Positions 14,755 to 24,161 of a DNA stretch of 50,451 nucleotides are shown here, in pieces. Each line of letters begins with the position of its first letter. Position 1 is the first letter of the stretch. Both the position numbers and the translations under genes were made by a program. The notes under the pieces are model-generated. The model had not been told where the DNA came from and did no database searches. It worked only from the letters and a program-made list of their open reading frames with translations. Source of the stretch: a virus (lineage: Duplodnaviria; Caudoviricetes); the IMG/VR virus record IMGVR_UViG_3300043418_000062, positions 1 through 50,451 of that record; one strand, 5' to 3'.

Positions 14755-16956
14755 ATGAAGACCAGCGACTTTCTAAGCGCTATTTATGGAGATGCCAAAG
14801 GTCTGGCAACCATCGTCACACGAGGTGCAAGCGGTGAGCTAACAGAGCAACAGTTCTATAACTACCCTGACCAGCGTGATGCTATGGTAAGCCACGTCAT
14901 TCAGCACCAGTCTGAAGACGTTTACTTTTCACCTATCCTATTCAATGCACCACGTCGCATCAAAGAGAACGCAAAGACCGTTCACGTTATCTATGCTGAT
15001 GCTGACTTCTGTGCTCCAGAAAACTTCCTCGTGGAACCATCCATCTCTGTGCAAACCTCTGAAGGTCGTTGGCACACTTACTGGATGCTAGACTCCGAGG
15101 TTGACCCACAGGTTGCAGCACTCCTCTCAAAGAAGATTGCATATGCACACTCGCACCAAGGTTGCGATAAGTCTGGATGGAATACCACAAAACTACTCCG
15201 TATTCCTAACACGATGAATCGCAAGCAGGGGGTAGATTACGCTATCACAGCAACAACGTCTGGCGCAATCTACTCCCTCGACGACCTGCTGCTTCACTAT
15301 GAAGACGTAAAAGTCGAGCCTATTCGTGAGTTGTCGCTAGAGCCACTACCTGAGCAATGGCCATCTGTCATGGATGTCATGGCTAAGATTCAGAGCAATC
15401 CTGAGATTATTGGATTGTACATGGACCAGCCATCGCTTAGTGCAGACCTATCTGTGCTTCTTTGGAAACTTGAGATGCTGCTATTCAAGCAGGGCCTCAC
15501 AGCTGAAGAAGTCTTTGTAATCGCTCGTAATGCCAAGTGCAACAAATACCACTCACCACTTCGCCCGAAGCGTCTAGACGCAGATGGCGACCTGTGGCGT
15601 GAGGTTCAGCGAGCAGCTGCATCTTATGGTCAGGAGCCAGCCGGAACTTCACTTGTTCCAATTGACCTGACCGACATTACTTCTACCGAAACATTCACTA
15701 AGCCAAAGTTCCTAACGGACTCTGAACGCCTAACAGTGTTAGAGCACAGAAACTTTATCGACGAATATCGAGACTGGGCTATGTCGAAGACCGATGGTGC
15801 AATTGCGTACCAGAACGCTTCAGCATGGACTCTACTATCTTGCGTGTTCTCAGATATCGGTTACGCTGTGCCTAAGTTCGGTAAGATGGGCCTGAACCTT
15901 TGGTTCATGGTCCTTGGTGAAACAACCCTGACTCGTAAGTCAACTTCCAGAAACCTCATGTTGCGTGCTGTGCGCCAGTATGAGAAGTTCTCTGGATACC
16001 AGATTGACATTGGTTCAGATGCTACACCAGAAGGCTTGACCGCAATCCTCGGAGAGCGTGACAAGCAGACATCACTCCTTCATCGAGATGAGGTCCAGGG
16101 TATGTTTAAGGACTTCATTAACAAGACCTATATGGCATCAGCAGCTGAACGCTTTACTGAGTTGTATGATGGTCACGTTCCTGTGACGATTCGTTCGTCT
16201 AAGGGCAAGACACAGACGGAGCGAGCCGAAACTAACTTTATTATGTATCTAATGGGTATCACCAGCAAGACTGCTGACGTGCTAACCACTGAATACTTCC
16301 GAAGCGGTTTCTTGGCACGTTTCATTTATGTTACAGCACCTACTCCACCTCGCACCAAGGAATCAGAAGATATCCAACAGGCTGACGAGTATGAAGTAGT
16401 TGTTCGTGACGAAGTTCTTGAGAAGATGATGAAGGACTTGTCAGATAGCGTTATGTTCTGGCAGAAGAAGGGTGGGCCGAGTCCTCGACCTGTTCGACTA
16501 AGCCAGCGAGCGCTAGAGCGCTTCAATCAGTACAAATGGGAAATGGGTAACTGGGCCGAGAATCATCCTGAAAAGGAATCTATCGAGCCATCACGCCAGC
16601 GTCTATCACTGTCTGTTTGGAAGTGTGCAGTTCTACTTGCTATGTTCGAGAAGTCAGAAGAGGTACAGGAGCGTCACTTGCTGACAGCTATTATGTACTC
16701 TGAAGACTGGTTCTGGAACCTAGTTCAGATGGCTGGAGCAATCTCAGCGTCTGAATGGCAACGTGACGTTGACCGTCTTGAAGCGTTTATCGTGGAGAAG
16801 GGTGGTCGTGTTCGTTACGAGGAGTGCTACAAGAAGTTCAGCAACAAGCGTAAGCGTGAGTTTGACGAGATGGTGGAAGCACTAAACTCTCAGGCTCGTG
16901 TGCACGAAGTAACAGAAAATCAGAAGCGTTATTTGGAGGTGGTTTCAAATGGATAG
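14755..16956 (+). CDS. RepB-like primase fused to a C-terminal P-loop/helicase-like (DUF3987-like) domain
   Basis: YFSP, YADAD, TSEGRWHTYW, LLRIPNTMNRK; C-terminal GETTLTRKST, RDEVQG, SGFLARF; start MKTSD after AAGGAGG. Confidence 0.8.
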   Translation: MKTSDFLSAIYGDAKGLATIVTRGASGELTEQQFYNYPDQRDAMVSHVIQHQSEDVYFSPILFNAPRRIKENAKTVHVIYADADFCAPENFLVEPSISVQTSEGRWHTYWMLDSEVDPQVAALLSKKIAYAHSHQGCDKSGWNTTKLLRIPNTMNRKQGVDYAITATTSGAIYSLDDLLLHYEDVKVEPIRELSLEPLPEQWPSVMDVMAKIQSNPEIIGLYMDQPSLSADLSVLLWKLEMLLFKQGLTAEEVFVIARNAKCNKYHSPLRPKRLDADGDLWREVQRAAASYGQEPAGTSLVPIDLTDITSTETFTKPKFLTDSERLTVLEHRNFIDEYRDWAMSKTDGAIAYQNASAWTLLSCVFSDIGYAVPKFGKMGLNLWFMVLGETTLTRKSTSRNLMLRAVRQYEKFSGYQIDIGSDATPEGLTAILGERDKQTSLLHRDEVQGMFKDFINKTYMASAAERFTELYDGHVPVTIRSSKGKTQTERAETNFIMYLMGITSKTADVLTTEYFRSGFLARFIYVTAPTPPRTKESEDIQQADEYEVVVRDEVLEKMMKDLSDSVMFWQKKGGPSPRPVRLSQRALERFNQYKWEMGNWAENHPEKESIEPSRQRLSLSVWKCAVLLAMFEKSEEVQERHLLTAIMYSEDWFWNLVQMAGAISASEWQRDVDRLEAFIVEKGGRVRYEECYKKFSNKRKREFDEMVEALNSQARVHEVTENQKRYLEVVSNG

Positions 16957-17350
16957 AGCACAGGAAATGCGTGTTGCTCAGGCTCTAAATGAAGCCATCT
17001 GGCTTCGAGACAACATTGCCTCGCTGGAGAAGTCCGAGATTATTGAAGCGATTATTCGCATTGGTAAACTTGAGATATTCTCCAGCAGGCAGCTGTCTGC
17101 AATTACAAACGGTGCAATCCAGCACTCGACAATTAGTAAACTGATTGGCAAAAACAACAAGACAGGAGGCAAACTAAATGTTGGAACTCTTGACATTCTC
17201 CGTACTATCCTTATTAGTAGGGCTGATTCTTCTACTGACTTCAGGCTTATCGCTGACGCAGTTGGGCAAGGAACATCTCAAGGCATGGTGGAAAAACTCA
17301 CTGGCGTTAATCAAGGCACTATTAGTAAGAAAATAAAGGAGATGAGATGA
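16949..17350 (+). CDS. HTH-containing DNA-binding protein
   Basis: Two HTH-like segments (SSRQLSAIT...HSTISK; SQGMVEKLTGVNQGTISK). Confidence 0.6.
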   Translation: MDRAQEMRVAQALNEAIWLRDNIASLEKSEIIEAIIRIGKLEIFSSRQLSAITNGAIQHSTISKLIGKNNKTGGKLNVGTLDILRTILISRADSSTDFRLIADAVGQGTSQGMVEKLTGVNQGTISKKIKEMR

Positions 17351-17571
17351 ACTTTGATGAATGGATTGAAATAGGCATCAAGAATAACTGGGCTGGCCCT
17401 CCTGTGTGCTACACACATGACGGACTACCGACAACTCGTGAAGAGGATGATGAATGGGAAGATGGCGAGCCATGCATCCACATAGTTAGACTATACGAGC
17501 ACCCCGACGACAGACTGTACGTCGAAGATAACCACGCACCAAGTAAATGGAGGAATCAATGGCTGACCTAA
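17347..17571 (+). CDS. Hypothetical protein
   Basis: Coupled ORF. Confidence 0.7.
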   Translation: MNFDEWIEIGIKNNWAGPPVCYTHDGLPTTREEDDEWEDGEPCIHIVRLYEHPDDRLYVEDNHAPSKWRNQWLT

Positions 17572-17780
17572 AGAGTCGCAAAGCAAAATTCGATGAAGTA
17601 AAATTCAACAAGGAAGCACTTGACTTTCATGCTAACCGATACGAGAATGGCTCTGTTGATGCGCTTGCAAAGCAGTGTCACCAATGGAAGATGATTCACG
17701 AATTCAAGCAGAGCATGAAGACACCGTATGAGATATTCACAGAGGAGGCAAAAGCAAATGGCATTAGTATTGAGTCTTGA
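17559..17780 (+). CDS. Hypothetical protein
   Basis: Start MADLK after GGAGG. Confidence 0.65.
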   Translation: MADLKSRKAKFDEVKFNKEALDFHANRYENGSVDALAKQCHQWKMIHEFKQSMKTPYEIFTEEAKANGISIES

Positions 17781-18201
17781 CCCAGGTGGCACTACTGGCT
17801 ATGCCCTGTGGGACATAGCTGACGACGGAAGCTACATTGCAAAAGTTCGAGAAGGCCAAGTTGCCGGTAGCCTCAAAGGCTTCCTAGATTTTCACTGGGA
17901 TGTGCTAGAGGATTATCCAATTGATAAAATTATCTGCGAGTCCTTTACATTGCGTGAGGGAATCTATGGTGCAGACCTGTCGCCAGTGTACATCATTGGT
18001 GCGCTAGAGGCCCTATATCCGACAACTGAAATTATCTACCAAGAGCCTAAGTTGAAGCCACTGGTGACTGATATGAGGCTAATGAGGCTTGAGGTCTACG
18101 AGCCAGGTAAGCCTCACCGAAACGATGCTGTGAGGCATCTTGTGATATACTTGAGAAACAATAAACATAAAGGAATACTCGAACTTGGATGGAGGGATTA
18201 A
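17758..18201 (+). CDS. RuvC-like Holliday junction resolvase
   Basis: LSLDPGGTTGYA, IICESF and HRNDAVRH motifs. Confidence 0.8.
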   Translation: MALVLSLDPGGTTGYALWDIADDGSYIAKVREGQVAGSLKGFLDFHWDVLEDYPIDKIICESFTLREGIYGADLSPVYIIGALEALYPTTEIIYQEPKLKPLVTDMRLMRLEVYEPGKPHRNDAVRHLVIYLRNNKHKGILELGWRD

Positions 18202-18936
18202 ATGAAGATTCTATTTCTAGACCTAGAAACAAGCCCAAATCTGGCTTATGTCTGGGGGCTATGGCAACAGAATGTCGCAATTACTCAGATGGTTGACTCA
18301 ACGGAAGTTATCTGTTTCGGTGCTCGATGGGCTGGAACTAAGAAGGTAATCTTCAAGTCAGTCCACCACGATGGCAAGAAAGGTATGCTAGATGAACTTC
18401 ACGCTCTTATGGAAGAAGCCGATGTCCTTGTTGGATGGAACTCTCAAGCGTTCGACTCAAAGCACATTAAGCGAGAGTTCGTTGAGAACGGATACCTACC
18501 ACCATCACCTTACAAAGAACTCGACCTCATGCGAGTCGTCAAATCTCAGTTCAAGTTCCCATCAAACAAACTAGATTATGTTTCACAGAAGCTAGGTGTC
18601 GGAGCCAAGGTTAAGCACTCAGGTTTCGAGTTGTGGACTCAGTGTATGGCTGGAGATAAAAAGGCATGGAAGGAGATGAAGGAATATCAGATTCAGGATG
18701 TGAACCTACTGATTGACCTTTATGAAATCCTAAAGCCTTGGATTAAGAATCACCCTCATGCTGGACTACACGAAGGCGTAGAAGACGGGTGCACCAACTG
18801 TGCGTCTACCAATCTTGAGAAGCGTGGTGTTACTCGAACAGTAACTCACACCTACCAGCGCTTCCAGTGTCGAGACTGTGGCAAGTGGATGAGAGGTAAT
18901 GAGTCAATTGAAAAGACTAATTACCGTTCTATCTAG
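18202..18936 (+). CDS. DnaQ/RNase H-like 3'-5' exonuclease with C-terminal zinc ribbon
   Basis: LDLETS, WNSQAFD, NKLDYV, YQIQDV; CTNC...CRDC. Confidence 0.85.
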   Translation: MKILFLDLETSPNLAYVWGLWQQNVAITQMVDSTEVICFGARWAGTKKVIFKSVHHDGKKGMLDELHALMEEADVLVGWNSQAFDSKHIKREFVENGYLPPSPYKELDLMRVVKSQFKFPSNKLDYVSQKLGVGAKVKHSGFELWTQCMAGDKKAWKEMKEYQIQDVNLLIDLYEILKPWIKNHPHAGLHEGVEDGCTNCASTNLEKRGVTRTVTHTYQRFQCRDCGKWMRGNESIEKTNYRSI

Positions 18937-19234
18937 TCTGTTCAAAAAGAAAAAAGTAGTATTAGAAGTTGCCCCAGTACGCAAGCCTAACGGTTTGTTT
19001 ACTGGGCACTCTGATACTCACTTGATTTTCTACACAGACGTAATCTACGATGAAGATTCAGGCGTTGAGCTAACTATTCAATACATCTGTGCGTGTGGTA
19101 ATGCAGTATATCGAATTACAGATGACTTCGGCTTTGGCTGTGAGCATTGCGATTCAGTATGCGGTCTTGATACCCCGGAGACACCATGCGAAAGATGTCG
19201 AGAATTGTTCTCAGTCGATTTTGAGGAGGGCTAA
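18899..19234 (+). CDS. Cys-rich hypothetical protein
   Basis: Multiple CxC and CxxC motifs. Confidence 0.6.
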   Translation: MSQLKRLITVLSSLFKKKKVVLEVAPVRKPNGLFTGHSDTHLIFYTDVIYDEDSGVELTIQYICACGNAVYRITDDFGFGCEHCDSVCGLDTPETPCERCRELFSVDFEEG

Positions 19235-19416
19235 TGCCGGTTTACGAATATAAGTGTGAGCCATGCGATACTCGATATACAGAGAGTCGAGGAATCACCG
19301 AGGAGCAGAAGTTGGTAAGCTGCCCCTCCTGTGATACAATACTAAAGCGAGTGTTCAACGCACCAGTAGTCACCTTTAATGGCTCTGGATTTTATGCAAC
19401 AGATAAGAAGAAATAG
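19234..19416 (+). CDS. FmdB-family zinc-ribbon protein
   Basis: MPVYEYKC..C...CPSC...F.GSGFYATD. Confidence 0.9.
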   Translation: MPVYEYKCEPCDTRYTESRGITEEQKLVSCPSCDTILKRVFNAPVVTFNGSGFYATDKKK

Positions 19417-19424
19417 GAGGAATA

Positions 19425-19799
19425 ATGCAGGGATTTGACTTAGCAGATACACTTGTTCATATCAATTACAAGTCTGGTAACATCGTTTCGGCAATTGGTT
19501 CAGCAAAGATTCTTTATCGCCCAAAAGGTGATTTTGTAATCATAACAGCACAACAAGATTCGCCAGAAATTCATCGTGCGGTTAGCGAGATGGTTTCAGT
19601 TAATTTTCCAAACTGTACACGAGTTCATTTTGTATCTGGTGGAGAAGCTGATATCATAAAGAAGAAGGCAGCACTTATCAAGAGCCTAGGTCTTACTGAT
19701 TTTACAGATAATAACAGAGCAATTCTTGCTGGAATTAAAGAGCTAAATACTGGAGCAAAGTTATGGGTGATGACTGGAAGCGGTCGTAAGCCATACTAG
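19425..19799 (+). CDS. HAD-like fold protein with a degenerate motif I
   Basis: GFDLADTL, IITA, KK and FTDN resemble HAD motifs I-IV. Confidence 0.5.
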   Translation: MQGFDLADTLVHINYKSGNIVSAIGSAKILYRPKGDFVIITAQQDSPEIHRAVSEMVSVNFPNCTRVHFVSGGEADIIKKKAALIKSLGLTDFTDNNRAILAGIKELNTGAKLWVMTGSGRKPY

Positions 19800-19814
19800 A
19801 AATAAGGAGGAAAT

Positions 19815-20228
19815 ATGAAAGTAAAGATTAAGGGTAATATCCCTGTCTATGGTAAGCCTGGAGATGCAGGTGCAGACCTCATTACAACTGAGTCTCTGCA
19901 CTTGCGCTCCGGCGCACGAGCAATCGCACCGACTGGTACATGGATTGAGATTCCAGAGGGCTATGTTGGCTTGATTCATCCTCGCTCAGGCTTGGCTATG
20001 AATCATGGCTTGACTGTGACTAATGCGCCAGGCACAATTGATGCTGGCTTCCGAGGTGAGATTAAGGTTCTATTGATTAATCATGGAAGTCACTCGCTAC
20101 AACTAGAACCAGGTCAACGTATCGCACAGCTAGTGATTCAGAAGTTCGAGACAGCAGAGTTTGAACTTATTGATGAGCTATCTGACACTCAGCGAGGTGA
20201 GGCTGGTTTTGGGTCAACAGGGAGCTGA
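19815..20228 (+). CDS. dut: dUTPase (trimeric)
   Basis: AGADL, PRSGLA, PGTIDAGFRGEI, RIAQL, RGEAGFGSTG. Confidence 0.97.
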   Translation: MKVKIKGNIPVYGKPGDAGADLITTESLHLRSGARAIAPTGTWIEIPEGYVGLIHPRSGLAMNHGLTVTNAPGTIDAGFRGEIKVLLINHGSHSLQLEPGQRIAQLVIQKFETAEFELIDELSDTQRGEAGFGSTGS

Positions 20229-20439
20229 ACAGGTAAACCATCCCAAGCACTATCTATCTCATCCTAGCGGAATTGAAACAATACAAATAACTGAGCATAT
20301 GGGGTTTTGTCTTGGCAATGTTATAAAGTATGTATTACGAGCACCATATAAGGGCAAGGAGCTAGAGGACCTCAAAAAGGCTCGATGGTATCTAAGTCGT
20401 GAAATCGAAAGATTGGAGATGACAAATGACCGAGATTAA
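20161..20439 (+). CDS. DUF3310-family protein
   Basis: VNHPKHY...GNVIKYVLRA..KG...EDLKKARWYL; start uncertain. Confidence 0.85.
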   Translation: MNLLMSYLTLSEVRLVLGQQGAEQVNHPKHYLSHPSGIETIQITEHMGFCLGNVIKYVLRAPYKGKELEDLKKARWYLSREIERLEMTNDRD

Positions 20440-21121
20440 ATTCCGTTCTGATATGACAGTCGAGCTAATTGATTCGATGGGCGATGACAATTCTGTAGTT
20501 CGTGCGGCTCGTGTATCAAGTGGCAGTGCGTCAGACAGCTCAGATAGAGACGCTGGGCTGATTAGCTACCTGATGCGTGACCGTCATGGTTCTCCATTTG
20601 AGCATAATGCTTTTACGTTCCGCATTGAAGCACCTATCTTTGTATTTCGTGAGTTCATGCGTCACCGCATTGCTTCCTACAACGAAGAATCTGGTCGCTA
20701 TAAGCAGTTAGAGCCAGTGTTCTATATTCCAGCTGAAGATAGACCACTGGTGCAGGTTGGTAAGCCTGGTGCATATACGTTTGAAGAAGGCACAACGGAG
20801 CAGTCGGCATTAGTCAAAGAAGCTCTGTTAGCCAATAGCGAAGACGCATACGAAATCTATGAGAAGATGCTAGAAGAAGGTGTTGCACGAGAAGTTGCTC
20901 GTATGGCACTCCCTGTGAATATCTACTCGTCAATGTATGTCACAATGAACGCACGAAGCCTAATGAACTTCTTGTCTCTACGCTCACTAGAGCAAGGCAC
21001 TTACCCATCATTCCCACAGGAAGAAATCGCTTGGGTTGCTAATGGCATGGAGTCTTGGTTTGCAAAGCGTATGCCAATTACATATAAGGCGTTTGTCAAC
21101 AACGGAAGGGTAGCACCATGA
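20426..21121 (+). CDS. thyX: Flavin-dependent thymidylate synthase
   Basis: HGSPFEH, RHRIASYNEESGRY, NARSLMNFLSLR. Confidence 0.97.
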   Translation: MTEIKFRSDMTVELIDSMGDDNSVVRAARVSSGSASDSSDRDAGLISYLMRDRHGSPFEHNAFTFRIEAPIFVFREFMRHRIASYNEESGRYKQLEPVFYIPAEDRPLVQVGKPGAYTFEEGTTEQSALVKEALLANSEDAYEIYEKMLEEGVAREVARMALPVNIYSSMYVTMNARSLMNFLSLRSLEQGTYPSFPQEEIAWVANGMESWFAKRMPITYKAFVNNGRVAP

Positions 21122-21378
21122 AACAGTTAGTTTATTTCTCGGCACCTTGGTGCCAGCCATGCGGTATGTTTGGCCCAATTGTGCAAAAGTTTGTAGAGGA
21201 CAATCCACAGATTCAACTAATCAAAGTTGATATCGATTCTACTCCACAGATTGCAGTTGAGAATAACATCACCTCAATTCCAGTTCTTGCTTTGCTAAGT
21301 GATGGCGATGAAATCTATCGTCTTCAAGGTGCAAAGCCAAGAGCGTTTCTAGATAAAGAGATTCTTCCTTTAATCTAG
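21118..21378 (+). CDS. trxA: Thioredoxin
   Basis: FSAPWCQPC, KVDID, SIP. Confidence 0.9.
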   Translation: MKQLVYFSAPWCQPCGMFGPIVQKFVEDNPQIQLIKVDIDSTPQIAVENNITSIPVLALLSDGDEIYRLQGAKPRAFLDKEILPLI

Positions 21379-21385
21379 GTAAAGC

Positions 21386-21418
21386 AAAACCCCTACGTCA
21401 CCTCGGCGTAGGGGTTTT
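21386..21418. terminator. Bidirectional intrinsic terminator at the convergence of the two genome arms
   Basis: AAAACCCCTACG...CGTAGGGGTTTT. Confidence 0.9.
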
Positions 21419-21439
21419 ATCTTGTCGGGTATTACGTTC

Positions 21440-21688
21440 CTACGGTAGTAGGCTTGTGATTACCGACACAGCAATAGCTGCTACTGCAAGCCACAGAGCT
21501 ACTGATGCAGCTTTGTTTTCTCGCTGTGTTTTCAATTGTGTAATGTCGTGCTCCACAGTAGTTAGTCGAGCATCGTGAGTATCGAGTTTCTTCTCTACAC
21601 GTTCTTGTGATTGTTGCACGTTAGTGATTTTCTCCTCAATGCGCCCAATCGCGATGAGTATTGTAACGTCTGTGGTGTCTTCTGGCAT
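21440..21688 (-). CDS. Coiled-coil protein with C-terminal TM helix (lysis-associated)
   Basis: Heptad pattern plus hydrophobic tail at the end of the late operon. Confidence 0.65.
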   Translation of the reverse strand: MPEDTTDVTILIAIGRIEEKITNVQQSQERVEKKLDTHDARLTTVEHDITQLKTQRENKAASVALWLAVAAIAVSVITSLLP

Positions 21689-21945
21689 TATAGTTCTTCT
21701 GAGTCCTCTTCTGGCTCGTGCTTTGCAGCAGCGTTTCCGAAGGCTCGGTTAATTTCGTCAATGTCCAAGATACCGTCGTTAAGGTATGAACGAGATAGCT
21801 CCTGAGCTACACCCATTACACCAGCAATACCTGCCATTAGAGCAGACTGCCAGACCTCAAGACCGATAAATGAACCACCAACAAATGCGCTGGTGACGTT
21901 AAGAACAATTACCGCAATGGTGCGGCGAATGATGTCCATAATCAT
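21688..21945 (-). CDS. Holin-like membrane protein
   Basis: Two TM segments; downstream of the endolysin. Confidence 0.6.
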   Translation of the reverse strand: MIMDIIRRTIAVIVLNVTSAFVGGSFIGLEVWQSALMAGIAGVMGVAQELSRSYLNDGILDIDEINRAFGNAAAKHEPEEDSEEL

Positions 21946-21983
21946 GTTATTTATCCAATCTCGCCCATTGTATACTCTTACTA

Positions 21984-22175
21984 TTATACCTTATTATGTT
22001 TTCTTGCGGCTTTTATGTAGGCCGTAGAATAAGCGTTAATAAAGCCTCTTTGATAGGCTTGAAACTCGCCAGCTGTCTTCGCTCTTCCGCTGTAGTAAAT
22101 CTGAGCTGAACGGTAGGCCATGTCTCTCGTCTTTTTATTGCGCGATTCTTTTACTAACTTCAGAAACTTAATCAT
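21984..22175 (-). CDS. Small basic hypothetical protein
   Basis: ORF with AAGGA RBS. Confidence 0.6.
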   Translation of the reverse strand: MIKFLKLVKESRNKKTRDMAYRSAQIYYSGRAKTAGEFQAYQRGFINAYSTAYIKAARKHNKV

Positions 22176-22176
22176 A

Positions 22177-22344
22177 TTATTCCTTTGGGTTACGGATGCG
22201 GTATGTTATGACCCAGATACCAAGGGTAATTAAAATAAGATTTCCAGTTACGGTCTTTGCTGAACCCTCAAGCACAAGCCACGCTGTGCCGAGTCCAACA
22301 AGTGTCCATGCCTGGTCAAGCATATCCTTAAGAAAATTCTTCAT
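22177..22344 (-). CDS. 55-aa two-TM membrane protein (MKNFLKDMLDQAWTLVGLG...)
   Basis: Translated by hand; TAATG coupling to the PA14 gene. Confidence 0.7.
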   Translation of the reverse strand: MKNFLKDMLDQAWTLVGLGTAWLVLEGSAKTVTGNLILITLGIWVITYRIRNPKE

Positions 22345-23450
22345 TACTTATTCTTTCTTGTAGAGGCACTTGCCGCAACGCTAGAAGCTGCTGCTACCTG
22401 TGCAATTTGACCTGCGATAATTGCGCCCACTACTACTTTTTCTGATTTCGCCCTAACTTCCGGAGCCATGTCAGCACCAAGATTACCAAGAGCATTAAAT
22501 GCCTCCAATACAGCTACTGCTGCGTTTCCAATAAGAGGGATAGATGCCAGTTCTTCCGGCACTTCTGGGTCATCAGCTTCCGCTTCTTCAGCAAGCTGGG
22601 CCACAAGCTCTTCCTGTGTTATAATAGGTTCTTCGACGTTTTCTATAGGAGGTTCAGTTGAAGGTATTTCTACTACGGTCGGTTCTGGTTCTATTGTGTT
22701 TTCTACCACTGGTTCTGGTGATAACTGGGGTTCAGGCGAAGATGTCACTGGTGGCTCAGTCGGCTCTGGGCTTGGTTCTGGGCTTGGTGTTTCTGGTTCT
22801 GGCGACGGTTCTGGAGAAGGCTGAGTTGGCTCAGGAGAAGGCTCAACGCTTGGCTCGGGACTAGGTTCAACTGTCGGCTCTGGTGTTGGCTCAACAACTG
22901 GTTGAGTAAAGGCGCTAGGTTGAACAATATCCCAGCCCGAGACCCCATCAAGAGGCAGCATATATAAGGTAGAGCAGGCTCCACCACCATACTCATAGAA
23001 CCAGGCATCTAGAACATATGAATGGTTGGCTATTGGTGTAAAAGCGTTCACAGAGCCGCCACAGCCCTTTAGAGACCAGTCTTCAATTACTGATACGCCA
23101 TCAAGGGTCATGCTAAATCCGTCATCTGCAATAGCCATGAGATAAACAGGAGTATCAGACGCAAAAGTCATTGCACCTGTGTAATGAATTGCTACGAAGT
23201 CATTACCACAGCCAAGGATATCATTGCCACCCCAGTCTGCTTGTATATTAGCAGTATAGGTGGTAGCGCAGAATGTCATCGTGTCGGGATTGCGCTCTGG
23301 GTAAAGGAAGTCTGAACTAAATGTATACACATCCAGCTTCACGTTATTAGCCTCATCAGCAAACGATGGCATGGCTGCAAAAGAGCCAGCAAACAAAAGA
23401 AGGGCTGCGGAAATAATCCGCAGCCCATTTTTATTAAATATATTCTTCAT
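22344..23450 (-). CDS. Secreted or membrane PA14-domain protein with a Pro/Glu-rich stalk
   Basis: Signal peptide; ADDGFSMTLDG..VIEDW...WFYEYGGGAC (PA14); PEPS repeats; hydrophobic C-terminus followed by RKNK. Confidence 0.75.
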   Translation of the reverse strand: MKNIFNKNGLRIISAALLLFAGSFAAMPSFADEANNVKLDVYTFSSDFLYPERNPDTMTFCATTYTANIQADWGGNDILGCGNDFVAIHYTGAMTFASDTPVYLMAIADDGFSMTLDGVSVIEDWSLKGCGGSVNAFTPIANHSYVLDAWFYEYGGGACSTLYMLPLDGVSGWDIVQPSAFTQPVVEPTPEPTVEPSPEPSVEPSPEPTQPSPEPSPEPETPSPEPSPEPTEPPVTSSPEPQLSPEPVVENTIEPEPTVVEIPSTEPPIENVEEPIITQEELVAQLAEEAEADDPEVPEELASIPLIGNAAVAVLEAFNALGNLGADMAPEVRAKSEKVVVGAIIAGQIAQVAAASSVAASASTRKNK

Positions 23451-24160
23451 TACTTCAGTTTCAGTGTTTGACCTGGAACAAGAGGTTTATTTCCATTTAG
23501 TTTTTGGAGGACTTTAAAGTCCATCTTATACTTCTGAGCAATACCCCAGTAAGACTCTCCACGCTTCACAGTATGGGTGGTCGCAGAAGCCTTTGCTGGC
23601 ACCTTCTTGGCCGGAGCTTTAGCCGCTTTAATCTCAGCTGCTTTAGCCACTGAAACGGCCTTCTGAGCCTTTGCAGCGACTACTCCAACCTTAGCGACAA
23701 CCTTCTTCTTCTTGCTCTTATCAATCTCTTTAAAGAGGTCAATGAGCTTCTCGCGAGGTGCGGCGTGTGGGGTATGGAACTTAGCAGCTGATGCGTGTAG
23801 GTGGAAAGCGTGAGATGCAGATAGAGAGCTACCTGTGCAGCCAATGCGACCAACAACAGTCTTACCACCGTAAACAACATCACCAACCTTCACAGGGGCT
23901 TTTTCGTTCATGTGGTTATACTCGACGTGAACACCATCGGCAGACTTAATGATTACGGTATGACCTAGAGCATCGTTCCAGTCAGCAAAGGTAACGCGAC
24001 CAGTGCGGATTGCGTAGATAGTCTTCTTCTCTGAGCCATTCTTAAAGCCCCAGTCACAACCTCGATGAGGCTGTGAACGGTATGGAGCAAAGTTACCTAG
24101 CTCGTCTCGGCGTTCTGCGCCAGGACCCTTAACTGGTTCGTAGTAATTTAAGTCAACCAT
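23450..24160 (-). CDS. Endolysin: M23 peptidase plus LysM
   Basis: HRGCD, YNHM and HLH zinc motifs; C-terminal HTVKRGESYWGIA...LN...PGQTLKL. Confidence 0.9.
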   Translation of the reverse strand: MVDLNYYEPVKGPGAERRDELGNFAPYRSQPHRGCDWGFKNGSEKKTIYAIRTGRVTFADWNDALGHTVIIKSADGVHVEYNHMNEKAPVKVGDVVYGGKTVVGRIGCTGSSLSASHAFHLHASAAKFHTPHAAPREKLIDLFKEIDKSKKKKVVAKVGVVAAKAQKAVSVAKAAEIKAAKAPAKKVPAKASATTHTVKRGESYWGIAQKYKMDFKVLQKLNGNKPLVPGQTLKLK

Positions 24161-24161
24161 T

